Shown: positions 33,321 to 43,373 of the stretch, piece by piece
Layout: each line of letters begins with the position of its first letter
Position numbering within the stretch: position 1 is the first letter of the stretch
NCBI GenBank assembly: GCA_963804165.1
Contig: CAWDPO010000004.1
Coordinates: 1-64,000, forward strand
DNA from: an uncultured delta proteobacterium
GTDB lineage: Bacteria; Desulfobacterota; Binatia; UBA9968
Direction of reading: 5' to 3'
DNA: 64,000 nt
The notes under the pieces: model-generated
Database searches by the model: none
What the model was told of the DNA's origin: nothing
The model's input: only the letters and a program-made list of their open reading frames with translations
Translations under genes and position numbers: made by a program

Positions 33321-34955
33321 ATGAAAAGGCAATATCAACGTTTATCGAGTGACGGCGATGACGCCAATCTTTTAGATGGGGCGCTTTCGAAAATGCTCGG
33401 GAGACGAACGTTTTTGAAAGGCGCCCTGGCCACGGCTCCATTATTGCTCGGTCCAACACTATTGCTGCCGCGCAAATCTGGAGCGGCAAATAAAGTCGGT
33501 CCAAGCACCACCACCGAGGCATATCTTGTTCCTAGTCTTCCAGGAGTGGAGTTGATTCCAATCTTAACTGTCGGCGATTCGATCGGCGGTTATCGTTTGG
33601 TCGGTATTCCTGATGGTCTGGGCGCGTTTCACAATCAAGGAAATGAATTTACGCTGTTGATGAACCATGAATTGGGTGGCACGGCGGGCAGCGTGCGCGC
33701 GCACGGATCAATCGGCGCATTTGTCTCGCGTTGGGTCATCGACCGTAAAACTCTCAAGGTGATCCAAGGACAGGACCTTACTCAGTCCCCCTCGGATGTC
33801 TACACATGGGATCCCGCCACAAACGCATTCCTGCAGGGAACGACAGTCTGGGAACGTCTCTGTTCCGGCGATTTGGCCAAAGAGAGCGCCTTTTTTGCCA
33901 ATGGCAAAGGAACCAAAGAGCGGATCTATTTAAACGGTGAAGAGAGCACCACGGTGGTGAATGATTTGGTCGTCAACCAAGGCCGGCCGTGGGCGCGCGT
34001 CGCCACCGGGCCTCATGCGGGCGAGGCTTGGCAGTTACCGCGGCTTGGGCGCATGGCCTACGAAAACGTCGTAGCGAGCCCTCATGCGCAGGAAAAGACC
34101 ATCGTTGTCCTTCTCGATGACAGTGCCCTGAGCACGGCCGCGGTTATCACGGAAGAGGTTCCCAGCGAAGTCTACGTTTACATCGGCAATAAAGAAAAAA
34201 ACGGCCATCCGATCGTCCAAGCGGGTCTGACCAACGGCAGCCTTTACGGCGTTAAAATCTTCGTCAACGGCAACCCGGTTCAAGAGGAAAGCAATGATTT
34301 CGGCCTCGGAACCGCCGCCACGGGATTCATCGGCAAAGGACGATTTACCTTGCACAATCTGGGCGATGTGTCTGGCCTCACCGCCGTCCAGATCGAACAG
34401 GCGTCTTTTACCGCCGGCATCGCTCGGCTGCAGCGGGTCGAAGACGGAGCCTGGGACCCGCGCGGCTCACGCGCCAACGATTTTTATTTCGTCACCACCG
34501 CCAGTCTGACCGCCAACTGCCGACTCTGGCGTCTGCGCCTCGATGATATCGAGAACCCGGAGAAAGGCGGCGATATCGAAATCCTCCTGCGCGGCGGCGA
34601 GGGTCACGGCATGCTCGACAACGTCACCATCGATCAACATGGGCGCATCCTGATGGACGAAGATCCAGGAAACAGCGGCCGCGTCGCCAAGATCTGGCTG
34701 TACAGTATCGACACCGGAGAATTCGTCGAAGTCGCCCACCACAATCCCAAATTTTTCGATTCCACCATTTTGAACAATTCCGACTTCATTACCCAGGACG
34801 AAGAATCGTCCGGCATCATCGACGCCGAACATATTCTCGGCAGAGGTTGGTTCCTGTTCGATGTGCAAGCTCACAAGGCGAGCCTGGACCTTGAACTCGT
34901 TCAGGGTGGGCAGTTGCTGGCGTTGTTTGTGGACCCGAGGATCGGTCAAGGCTGA
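33321..34955 (+). CDS. phoX: Tat-exported PhoX-like alkaline phosphatase (DUF839)
   Basis: Twin-arginine GRRTFLK; GIPDGLGA, MNHE, RLCS, YENV, EDGAWDP, DNVT, DED, ESSGI. Confidence 0.82.
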   Translation: MKRQYQRLSSDGDDANLLDGALSKMLGRRTFLKGALATAPLLLGPTLLLPRKSGAANKVGPSTTTEAYLVPSLPGVELIPILTVGDSIGGYRLVGIPDGLGAFHNQGNEFTLLMNHELGGTAGSVRAHGSIGAFVSRWVIDRKTLKVIQGQDLTQSPSDVYTWDPATNAFLQGTTVWERLCSGDLAKESAFFANGKGTKERIYLNGEESTTVVNDLVVNQGRPWARVATGPHAGEAWQLPRLGRMAYENVVASPHAQEKTIVVLLDDSALSTAAVITEEVPSEVYVYIGNKEKNGHPIVQAGLTNGSLYGVKIFVNGNPVQEESNDFGLGTAATGFIGKGRFTLHNLGDVSGLTAVQIEQASFTAGIARLQRVEDGAWDPRGSRANDFYFVTTASLTANCRLWRLRLDDIENPEKGGDIEILLRGGEGHGMLDNVTIDQHGRILMDEDPGNSGRVAKIWLYSIDTGEFVEVAHHNPKFFDSTILNNSDFITQDEESSGIIDAEHILGRGWFLFDVQAHKASLDLELVQGGQLLALFVDPRIGQG

Positions 34956-35112
34956 GATCATACCGATCCCTGTCGCCCGCAATGCGATTCGTTTCTCGTT
35001 TGGTTTTTCGCGAGTGGGGCCGCTGTGGCGGCTCCACTCGCCTTGCGCGTTTGGGTGTCCGGGTGACGCTGGCCCGTTGTACCCACCAGTGTTTGGTTAG
35101 AAGCGCAAAATC

Positions 35113-35139
35113 TTCATCCCTGATTAACGCGGCATTAAC
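35113..35139 (+). promoter_or_regulatory. Pho-box-like 11-bp direct repeats
   Basis: TTCAT/TTAAC/TTAAC at 35113, 35124 and 35135. Confidence 0.6.
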
Positions 35140-35334
35140 ACAAGGCAGCCAAAATTAGCGCCGTGATTTGTGTGTGCCGAATATGCTGGAGGCCACCCCC
35201 GGGAGGATGACGGACACCTGTGGCTGCGCACGCTGAGCAGCCTTACGCTCCGCAAACTTAAAGTTAATCGATAATTTATTCTCACATAACCTTACTGCGG
35301 CCATTATCTCGTCAAATAGTTCAGAGGAGGCATT

Positions 35335-35892
35335 ATGGAGCAAGTCAATCTCAGCTCGGTGATCGAACAAGCGATCACCAGGTTCAGTCGAAATCGCATC
35401 GGTGACAAACCGCCGGTCTTTGTGACCCTGTCACCCGTCCTGCCGCAGGTGCCGTGGAAAGACTCTGCGTTAAGACAATTCCTGCAATTTTTCCTGTACG
35501 AATCGTTGCTCACCAGCGACGCCAACGCTGCCATCGAAATATCTCTGCGCCGCCGCACGTTGCTCAAGGACCTGACCGCCTTCATCGGTATCCAGCCGTC
35601 CTATTGGGTTCAGCTGCGCCTCTCGGGTCGAGGATTGAGAGTCGCCGAGCAAGTGATCGAAGATCACTTCAACGAAGTGGGTTATCGCTGCGAAGAATGG
35701 GTTGGCATGGACGGATCCGATGCGCGCTTAGGCATCTTCGGCACCATCGACGCGCCAAATCTTAAGATGGTCTTTTGCTTGGAATCGACGCGGCACCGCC
35801 TCAAGTGCGACCTGCTGCTCCCGGTGAACGACGTTGCGCCGGTTCCCTATCTTGCTGATAGCGGCTCGCGGCAGCAAGCGCAGCGCCATTAA
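35335..35892 (+). CDS. Hypothetical protein resembling a degenerate HATPase_c domain
   Basis: RBS GAGGAGG; VNLSSVIEQAI...LSPVLPQV...ALRQFLQFFLYES...IEISL...WVQLRLSGRG follows the CA-domain pattern but lacks the N-box Asn and the G1 Asp. Confidence 0.6.
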   Translation: MEQVNLSSVIEQAITRFSRNRIGDKPPVFVTLSPVLPQVPWKDSALRQFLQFFLYESLLTSDANAAIEISLRRRTLLKDLTAFIGIQPSYWVQLRLSGRGLRVAEQVIEDHFNEVGYRCEEWVGMDGSDARLGIFGTIDAPNLKMVFCLESTRHRLKCDLLLPVNDVAPVPYLADSGSRQQAQRH

Positions 35893-35972
35893 CAAAGAAA
35901 TCATCGGTCCGTCAAATGGTCCTAATGGTGCAGATTTATCATGCCTCTAAATCACTACTCTTAGGAGGCTCC

Positions 35973-36515
35973 ATGAAACGTCTAGCCAAAATCTTAGTGC
36001 CCACTGATTTATCGGAACATTCGCGCCGCGCGCTGCTTTACGGCTGCTGGCTCGCGGGCGAAGAAAAAGCAAGCTTGATGGTTCTCCACGTCGCCAACGA
36101 GTTCAGCGCTTGGGAATATTACTCGGAAGAACTGACATTCATCGAACGCAACGGTAAATGCTGGCCGGCCGACCGGGTCGTCGCTGAAAGAACCCTGGAT
36201 CTCAATCGATTCCTGGAACCGAGCTTGCTGCAACTAAAGAAGCCCGCTCGGGCAACCAAACGCGTAGTCCTAGGTCCCATTGCGCAGCAAATCGCCGCGG
36301 TTGCGGCCGAAGAACGCGCCGACTTGGTGATCATGTCGCCGCGTCGCCACCGCGGCATCAGACATTTGTTTTTCGGCGCAATTACCGATCAGGTGACGCG
36401 CTTGAGCCCCTGTCCGGTGCTATCGATCGCTCCGCCTCTGCCATCCGAGCCGTGGCGCGGAAAATTCGCGCCGCTTCCCTTCGGTTGGCCGACACCGCGG
36501 GAAGCGAACCTCTAG
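35973..36515 (+). CDS. Universal stress protein
   Basis: KILVPTDLSEHS, LHV, ADLVIMS, GAITDQVTRLSPCPVL. Confidence 0.92.
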   Translation: MKRLAKILVPTDLSEHSRRALLYGCWLAGEEKASLMVLHVANEFSAWEYYSEELTFIERNGKCWPADRVVAERTLDLNRFLEPSLLQLKKPARATKRVVLGPIAQQIAAVAAEERADLVIMSPRRHRGIRHLFFGAITDQVTRLSPCPVLSIAPPLPSEPWRGKFAPLPFGWPTPREANL

Positions 36516-36708
36516 CTTAGCGCTTGCGCTAGTCGCACCGGAACACGGGCGGCCTGCGCGCGCCGGCGATTTGTCCGTTCGCCGATAGAACGGAAGTCCT
36601 AGATCATTCGCTGTCAGAAAAGGACTTCCACGAAATCCGAAGATCTGACCGTTCATCATCGCATGGTGCGATATTTTTACCGATGCGCTACGTAAAGGAG
36701 CCAAGCCA

Positions 36709-37086
36709 ATGATCACCACGCCGAATACCTTGTCAACCAAAGATAAAAAGCGGCGCAAACAAAGACCACCGCGACCGCCGGGATCCGACCTGCAACATCT
36801 GCTCCACGAGATTTTGAACCAGCTGACGGTCATGAATCTCTGCTGTTTTAAGTTCCGCGCCGCCGCAAAGCAGTCCTGCCATCCAACGCTGTTAGTCGAG
36901 ATCGAGCGCATGGAACACGCCGTGATCGAGATCACATCACTGTTAGGAAAAATTTCTGAATCCGTCAAACCGACGCCCGTCGCGCGCGCTTTAGCCATTG
37001 TTCCGCGACAAAGCGAACGCAGCGCAGCTCAAATAGCCACGAGCAACGTGTATCCCCTCTTCAGACCGACGAGACGGCGTCACTGA
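36709..37086 (+). CDS. Hypothetical protein with a stand-alone HisKA-like H-box
   Basis: RBS AAGGAG; LLHEILNQLTVM followed by a second amphipathic helix (EIERMEHAVIEITSLLGKI). Confidence 0.55.
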   Translation: MITTPNTLSTKDKKRRKQRPPRPPGSDLQHLLHEILNQLTVMNLCCFKFRAAAKQSCHPTLLVEIERMEHAVIEITSLLGKISESVKPTPVARALAIVPRQSERSAAQIATSNVYPLFRPTRRRH

Positions 37087-37166
37087 AACGCTAATAATCG
37101 GGGGAGCGACCGGTTATCTACGAACATTAGTGTGAGGTCGCGAGCGACCGCGCCGCGCGCTTGCGC

Positions 37167-37198
37167 AAAAAAAGGGAGCCGGAGGTCGGCTCCCTTTT
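37167..37198. terminator. Bidirectional intrinsic terminator
   Basis: AAAAAAAGGGAGCCG-GAGGT-CGGCTCCCTTTT between convergent genes. Confidence 0.85.
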
Positions 37199-37224
37199 CT
37201 CGACCGCTGAAACGGAATGCTTGC

Positions 37225-38652
37225 TTAGAACTGGTATCTAAAATTCACCATTGCGTCGACCCAATCACCACCCGTGCCGGATCGGCAGTTCGTCGTCGTG
37301 GCTGTCACGCGGTCACACACACCCAGGTTATGACCGGCGCCGTTTACGGCATTACTCAAGTTCGAAGCGTCGTACCATAACACGCTGGCACCGACACTCA
37401 TGCGCGGAGCGACGAAATAATAAAGATCCCATTCGCGCAGCAGTATCCGATCGCGATGGAATTGGCCGCTATTGATAGTGCTGCAGCGCGCCGCCGTCGT
37501 GCACGAAACGTCGGTCCGCTCAAAGTGTGTGCCGAAAAGAATTGATCCCGCGGTGCTGACGGAGCCGGTCAGGAAACCCTTTGGGCTCCAGAGGAACAAG
37601 TCGTGACCGATGAGAAACATATTGCCTTGCTTCTTGCCGTCGGTGCCTCCGCGATCTTCGTAACGCTGAAAGCCCGCCGTAGCACGCAATGTATAGGGTC
37701 CCACCTCCCAGGTGATACCCGGCATCAAGAAAGTGGCCAGTCCATCACCAATTCCCGTGCCGCTATCGAACAATGCTTGTCGGCCGCCGTTGCCCAGGTC
37801 CTGGATCCTCAAGCGCCCACAAGCATTGGACAGCGCGCGGTTGTCGCTATTACAGAACCAACTGCCCATTTCGAATTTCAAGCCGGAGATCCATTTGTTC
37901 TTGATTTGCGAAAACGGCTCGATGCCGAGATAGGCGACGAAATCTTTTCTGTCGGTAAAGCTTTGTATGCCATCATCACCCTCGCCTACACTTGCCATCC
38001 CGAGCTGGAAACGGTTGATTCGACCGGGGATGCCGACGGAATTCAACGGCTTGTTGTCCCAGTTGAGAAGGATTCCGGTTCCCGAACGCCCATCATCAAA
38101 GCCATTGTTCCTTGAAAGCAGATCGTATTCTGCCTGGGTGCCGGTGCCGCTGGAGCCCTGCCGCGCCGTACCGATGCTCGAAGACACGTCCATACCGAGT
38201 TGAGCGGTCGGCAGCCAAGGGTGCAGGTTTTCCAGGTGAATGTTCAGCGCGCCGCGATGAATGATGCTTCCCACCGTCGTGCCAAGCGGGTCCTTGGCGT
38301 TGCCGCTGCCAAAACCGTCCAGATCGCGAATCGCTTCCAGCTCCCAAAGACAGTTGTTAATGCAGTAATACATGCAGCATGCGAAAGTGTGTCTCTATGC
38401 CCGCCCGTAAAGCCCAACCCTTGTCCGCTGACTCGATCAATAAACCGTTGCCCGGTCGGTAACTAAACGTCGGTAGCGCCTCAGCCGCCGCCGTTGCCTC
38501 CTTCTTCAGTTCAACTTGCTGCGCCTTTAATTCCGCCAGCTCCTGCTCTATCGTTTTGATCCGGCCATCCAGATCCTCCCGTGCGCCGGTGCTAGAGAAA
38601 TCACCCAAATGCTCAGCGCCAAGCTCCCCGATCGCAATAACCTGTGAATCAT
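37225..38652 (-). CDS. Outer-membrane porin (OprO/OprP-like), frameshifted with a probable internal deletion
   Basis: RBS GAGGAGG and signal peptide at 38652; coiled-coil N-terminus IKTIEQELAELKAQQ; beta-strand body; C-terminal FRYQF; Pho-box-like array upstream. Confidence 0.72.
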
Positions 38653-38703
38653 TCGCTCCTCCTCTAGTTTTGGTGTCGAACTGCAACAAAGTAAGCCGAA
38701 AAA

Positions 38704-38730
38704 GTTACCGAGCAATTACGACTGGATAAA
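38704..38730 (-). promoter_or_regulatory. Pho-box-like repeats upstream of the porin
   Basis: Minus strand TTTAT-N6-GTAAT-N6-GTAAC. Confidence 0.55.
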
Positions 38731-39098
38731 CATTTCATTTTTGCTTCTTTACTTGCTAGTAAGTAGAAATATGGAGCGCGAGATCACAGAGATCCGATGA
38801 CGTTCGCGCGTGAAGTGCGGCGGCAGAAAAGTGAGATTTTATGAAACGCGCCGCAGAATATCGGCTATAACTCGCGCGCTTTGGACGACAAGGAGTGCTC
38901 GATGGCTAGCTTAGCAAGTAGGTTCGCGAGGGAGATCGACTAGAGACACCAATTCATTGAATGATCGGAAAACGATTGTAAACGGTTGCTGGCTTCGCAG
39001 AAGAAAATGACTTTCGTCTATATGTTACGGGAGGCGCCGCGAATTTCCAAAATTGCCGTGATACTGTGATGTCGCGAGTTACTTTGCGTGGCGGCTCT

Positions 39099-39136
39099 GT
39101 AATACAAAATTCATGTAGATTTAACAGGCTTGTAAC
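39099..39136 (+). promoter_or_regulatory. Pho-box-like repeats upstream of ppx
   Basis: GTAAT/TTCAT/TTAAC/GTAAC at 39099, 39110, 39121 and 39132. Confidence 0.7.
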
Positions 39137-39169
39137 TAACCGCCAGCCAAGGCTTAGTGCTTCTATGAT

Positions 39170-40732
39170 ATGAAAGGCGTTCCAATGGCGGATCATTTCG
39201 CAGTTATCGACGTCGGCAGCAACGCGATGCGGTGGCAAGTTGCCGCCGTCGATCACCCAAAGCACTATCGAATTCTGGCTCAGGACCGCCAGCCCGTCCG
39301 TTTGGGCCGGGAGGTTTTTCAAACCGGCAAACTCAGTCCACAGGCGGTCGAAGCCGCGCTAAAAGTGCTGCGGGAGTTTAAGGCAGTAGCTAATCGTTAT
39401 CACGCGAAGGCCATTCGCGCCGTTGGAACCAGCGCCATGCGCGAAGCCTCCGATCGGCGCAGCTTTTTGAAGCGCGCGCACGCGCTCGGCGTGCCGCTCG
39501 AAGTGTTGCCGGAAGAGGAAGAAGCTCGGCTCATCAGCTTGGGAATTATGAGCGGCCTTCGTTTTCATCTGCCGCTTGGCCTTTTTTTGGATATCGGCGG
39601 CGGCAGCGTCGAGATGACCGTCGCTGACCCGGCCAATACGTTTTGCTTGTTTAGTCTGCCCCTCGGAGCCGTGCGCTTAACCGAAGAATTTTTGGCCCAC
39701 GATCCGCCTCAACACAAGGAAGTCAAGGAATTGCGCGAGCATGTCCAGGACAAGATCAAGAATGTCGCACGACGGATTCAAAAAGAGAAATTTACCATGG
39801 CGTTCGGCAGCGGCGGAACCATTACCGCTCTCGCGGAGACCGACACCCGCGCCACCGGAGATGGCAAAGCGGGCTCGTTGATCGTACTGCGACGCCAACG
39901 CTTGAAAGCGCTCCTTGATCTGCTCATGAGCCGCAGCGTAGCGGAGCGCGCCGATATGATCAGCGGCGATCCCAAGCGGGCCGATATCATCGTCGCAGGA
40001 GGACTTGTCCTGCATGAGATCATGGCGGAGGTGGGCCTCGATTATCTGTTTGTCTCGGGGCGCGGCCTGCGCGACGGATTGATGGTCGACTTGCTGCAGC
40101 GCCAGTACGCGGATTCCGGCGCGTGGCATCCCGACGCCGACCGGTCGGAATCCCTCGAACAAGTTTGCCAGAAATATTCCAACGACGCCGCCCATGCGCA
40201 ACATGTAAGCCAACTCGCGCTCAACCTGTTTTACCAACTCCAGAGCGTCCACAAACTGCCGGAGAAGTACGCGGGAATTTTGCATGCTGCGGCGATGCTC
40301 CACGACATCGGCATGATTATCGCCGGTCCCAAGCACCACAAACACTCTTACTATCTGATCAAGAGCTCTGGCATGAAATCGTTCAACAAGCTTGATCTCG
40401 AACTGGTCGCCAATATCGCAAGATATCACCGCAAGGCGCATCCCAGTCAAAAACATCTCGGCTTCAGCCAACTCTCTCCCGCCAACCAGGACGTCGTGCG
40501 CAAACTGAGCTCGTTCCTGCGGGTCGCCGATGCCCTGGATTTCCGCCGTGAGCAGCGGGTCGAGTCGGTTAGTTGCGCCGTCAAGTCGAAGACTCTGACA
40601 ATCTCGATCGCATCGCAGGCAAACGTCAAAGACGAAATTGATTGGGCGATAAAAAAAGGCAACCTTATACAGGAGGTGTTTAACACAGAACTGGTTATTC
40701 AAAAGGGAAACTCAAACCGAACACGATCATAA
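39170..40732 (+). CDS. ppx: Exopolyphosphatase Ppx/GppA with HD domain
   Basis: AVIDVGSNA, GTSAMREA, DIGGGSVE, GSGGT, GLRDG, LHDIG, HHKHSYYLI. Confidence 0.95.
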   Translation: MKGVPMADHFAVIDVGSNAMRWQVAAVDHPKHYRILAQDRQPVRLGREVFQTGKLSPQAVEAALKVLREFKAVANRYHAKAIRAVGTSAMREASDRRSFLKRAHALGVPLEVLPEEEEARLISLGIMSGLRFHLPLGLFLDIGGGSVEMTVADPANTFCLFSLPLGAVRLTEEFLAHDPPQHKEVKELREHVQDKIKNVARRIQKEKFTMAFGSGGTITALAETDTRATGDGKAGSLIVLRRQRLKALLDLLMSRSVAERADMISGDPKRADIIVAGGLVLHEIMAEVGLDYLFVSGRGLRDGLMVDLLQRQYADSGAWHPDADRSESLEQVCQKYSNDAAHAQHVSQLALNLFYQLQSVHKLPEKYAGILHAAAMLHDIGMIIAGPKHHKHSYYLIKSSGMKSFNKLDLELVANIARYHRKAHPSQKHLGFSQLSPANQDVVRKLSSFLRVADALDFRREQRVESVSCAVKSKTLTISIASQANVKDEIDWAIKKGNLIQEVFNTELVIQKGNSNRTRS

Positions 40733-40745
40733 CCTGGAGGACAGT

Positions 40746-41186
40746 ATGCGACGCGGACACATCGACCGAAACATTCTTTTCCTGTGCGAGGACAACGCGT
40801 GCCTCAGTCAAATTGCCGAGGCGGCGGCGAAGCACCTTGCGCCGCCGAGAACTCGTATTTTTAGCGCCGGGGTCAAGCCGAGCACGATTCCGCCGCACGT
40901 GATCCAGGCGATGCAAGAGCTGGGGATCAGTATGAGCGGACAAAAAAGCAAAGGATTGGCGGACGTGCCGATGCAAGATATCGACTTGGTCGTCAGTTTC
41001 GGCGACGCCCATAAGAAATGCGACAATCTGCCGGGGCGCGTTAACGTCGAGAATTGGCCCGTTCCCGATGAGTTTAAGGCGGAGAAGTCCGGCGCGGCGC
41101 AATTATCCAGCATCCGAAGTGAACGCGATCAAATCGACAAACGGGTTTTCGCGCTGTTTCTCGATCACTGGCGCAATAGCGCTTAA
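40746..41186 (+). CDS. LMW-PTP/ArsC-fold protein with an atypical P-loop
   Basis: ILFLCEDNACLSQIAE, FSAG, GISMSGQKSK, NWPVPD, RDQI. Confidence 0.8.
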   Translation: MRRGHIDRNILFLCEDNACLSQIAEAAAKHLAPPRTRIFSAGVKPSTIPPHVIQAMQELGISMSGQKSKGLADVPMQDIDLVVSFGDAHKKCDNLPGRVNVENWPVPDEFKAEKSGAAQLSSIRSERDQIDKRVFALFLDHWRNSA

Positions 41187-41217
41187 TGGGTTCGACGGCT
41201 TCGATGAGGCAGTCGCC

Positions 41218-41724
41218 ATGAATCTTTACTTGATGCGACACGGCATCGCGTTACCGCAAGATGATCCGTCCGTCACGCAAGATGCCGAACGTCCGCTTAC
41301 CAGCAAAGGCATTAAACGCATGCGTAAGGCCGCCAAAGGGGTACGCGAACTCAACATCCCCTTTGACTCCGTGTTGACGAGCCCGGCGTTGCGCGCGCGC
41401 CAGACCGCGGAAATTGTCGCTGCCGTCCTTGGCATCGAATCGCGGCTCGAAGAGATTTCAGGGCTGGCTCCGGAAAGCACGGTCGAGCACCTGATGTTTG
41501 GCTTGACCCGCTACCAAGATCGCGCGCATGTTCTGCTCGTCGGTCACGAACCGTTGTTAAGCGACACGGCGGCTTCCTTGCTCGGCGGGCGGAAACCGGC
41601 GAACGTGACTCTCGATTTCAAAAAGGGATCGCTGTGTTGCATTGAAATCGAAACGTTGCCTGCGGCCAGTCCCGGAAAACTTCATTGGCTGCTGACGCCT
41701 AAACAATTGCGGCTGCTTGCGTAG
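41218..41724 (+). CDS. sixA: Phosphohistidine phosphatase SixA
   Basis: LYLMRHG, RPLT, SPALRARQTA, LLVGHEP. Confidence 0.93.
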   Translation: MNLYLMRHGIALPQDDPSVTQDAERPLTSKGIKRMRKAAKGVRELNIPFDSVLTSPALRARQTAEIVAAVLGIESRLEEISGLAPESTVEHLMFGLTRYQDRAHVLLVGHEPLLSDTAASLLGGRKPANVTLDFKKGSLCCIEIETLPAASPGKLHWLLTPKQLRLLA

Positions 41725-41748
41725 TATTCTAGTCAACTGGGATAAACT

Positions 41749-42684
41749 ATGAGCTCGCTTCCAGCTGAATCCGTCACCGGCGTCTCCAGCAAAACTAAAT
41801 TGCCCAGATTGGCGAAAAAGCGCCTGGAGCGATTCGTCACGCTCTATCCCAAAGCTCTGGTTAGCGATAAACCCGAGGTCGTCCATGATCTGCGCGTCGC
41901 AAGTCGTCGCCTGCAACAGACACTGCGACTGCTGCTGCCGAACGCCAAATCGTCCTCTAGCCGAAAGCTCCTTCGGCTATTGCGCAAAGTCCGTCGCGCT
42001 TTCGGCTCGTGCCGCAACCTCGACGTAAGTATTCATCTAGTTGAGTCGAAGCTTGGCGCGACGACGACAGCCTCACTGCGTTCGGCCTGGGATGCCGTCC
42101 GACAGTGGCTTGAACAAAACCGCGCGGTGGCCATCGAGCGCGGGCGCGCGGAATTGAAGCGCCATGACCTGACCGAATTCATCGCTCGCGTGCAGGCGCG
42201 CATCGAGAATATCGAGGAAGAGCCCGAGGGTGTCGCGCGTCTTCGGGAACGCGCCAGCGACGCGCTCGTCGAATGGCGGGATGCGCTCACTTCAGCGAAG
42301 GAAGATCCGCAAATCGAGAGGATTCACGCATTTCGCATCGCGGGTAAACGGCTGCGCTACCGAGCGGAGTCCATCGCCGAACTCGGCGACCCTTCAGTCA
42401 AACAGTTGGTGGAAGGTCTCAAGGCCCTCCAAGACGATCTCGGCAATTGGCATGACCGTTACGTTTTGCGCGACCTCGTTGCCGAATTCATCGGCCGCCC
42501 GGGATTTCTGGCGGAGGAACCGGGCATGTGCCGCGGGCTCTTGTTAGACATGGAGCGGGATAAACAGCGCGATCATGCGGCGATCAACGACGTAATCGCC
42601 AAGGCCGAGTTAATCGCCGAAACAAATGCAACGCTGCTCCGTTCAAACCACGAGCCGGCCGAAGAAGCCGGCAAAGATCAGTAA
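41749..42684 (+). CDS. CHAD domain polyphosphate-binding protein
   Basis: VHDLRVASRRL, RNLDV, HAFRIAGKRLRY, LQDDLGNWHD. Confidence 0.93.
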   Translation: MSSLPAESVTGVSSKTKLPRLAKKRLERFVTLYPKALVSDKPEVVHDLRVASRRLQQTLRLLLPNAKSSSSRKLLRLLRKVRRAFGSCRNLDVSIHLVESKLGATTTASLRSAWDAVRQWLEQNRAVAIERGRAELKRHDLTEFIARVQARIENIEEEPEGVARLRERASDALVEWRDALTSAKEDPQIERIHAFRIAGKRLRYRAESIAELGDPSVKQLVEGLKALQDDLGNWHDRYVLRDLVAEFIGRPGFLAEEPGMCRGLLLDMERDKQRDHAAINDVIAKAELIAETNATLLRSNHEPAEEAGKDQ

Positions 42685-43373
42685 CCGTTGCGGGCGATCA
42701 CGCGGTCGACCCGGTCGCGCAAATTTTCAAACACTTCTTCCACGGATCCCGAAGCATCAACGATCTCAAAACCAAACGTCTCGACCATTTTATCGAATTC
42801 GGCGAGCAGCCATTTTTGGTACCGGACGAAGCTCTCGTACATGTCCTCGCCCATGTGCATATCCATGCCGGATTCCCAATAGTCGAAGCCACTACTTTGC
42901 AAGACTCGCGTGACCAGGTCATCGATCTTGATGCGCAAGTAAAAGACCGCATCGGGTTTCAGGGCAAAGCCATAGACCTCACGCAGCCATTCCGGATCGG
43001 CACCGCGCACGATAGCGCGCGCAATCAACGAATAGATATAGCGATCGGTCAAGACGATAAATCCTGCGCGTAGCGCTGGAATAATCTCGTTTTCCAGCCG
43101 GTCGGCGAAATCGGTGGCATAAAACAGGCTCATGGTAATGCCGCCCAGGGTATGCCCTTCCTTCGCCTGCTTGAGCCGCTTACCGGCCAGCGCCGACCGC
43201 GTCATGCCCGTGTCTAAGACCGCGTGACCGTGGTTCTCGAGCCACTGTTTGAGCAAGCCGATATGCGTCGAACGGCCGACGCCGTCGGTTCCTTCCAGGA
43301 CAACGAGTTTGCCCTTCAGCTCTTCGAGATCTATGCCCGGGAGCTCTTCGCCAAAGAAGCCAAATCTAGCCAT
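42678..43373 (-). CDS. Thymidylate-kinase-like protein B (degenerate Walker A)
   Basis: LEGTDGVGRST, FYATDFADRLE, TDRYIYS, YWESGMD. Confidence 0.88.
   Translation of the reverse strand: MARFGFFGEELPGIDLEELKGKLVVLEGTDGVGRSTHIGLLKQWLENHGHAVLDTGMTRSALAGKRLKQAKEGHTLGGITMSLFYATDFADRLENEIIPALRAGFIVLTDRYIYSLIARAIVRGADPEWLREVYGFALKPDAVFYLRIKIDDLVTRVLQSSGFDYWESGMDMHMGEDMYESFVRYQKWLLAEFDKMVETFGFEIVDASGSVEEVFENLRDRVDRVIARNGY

Noticed and set aside
39677-40702. Long antisense ORFs (also 48256-48945, 55449-56279, 6505-7134)
   Set aside because: Shadow frames opposite well-supported genes, expected in GC-rich DNA.
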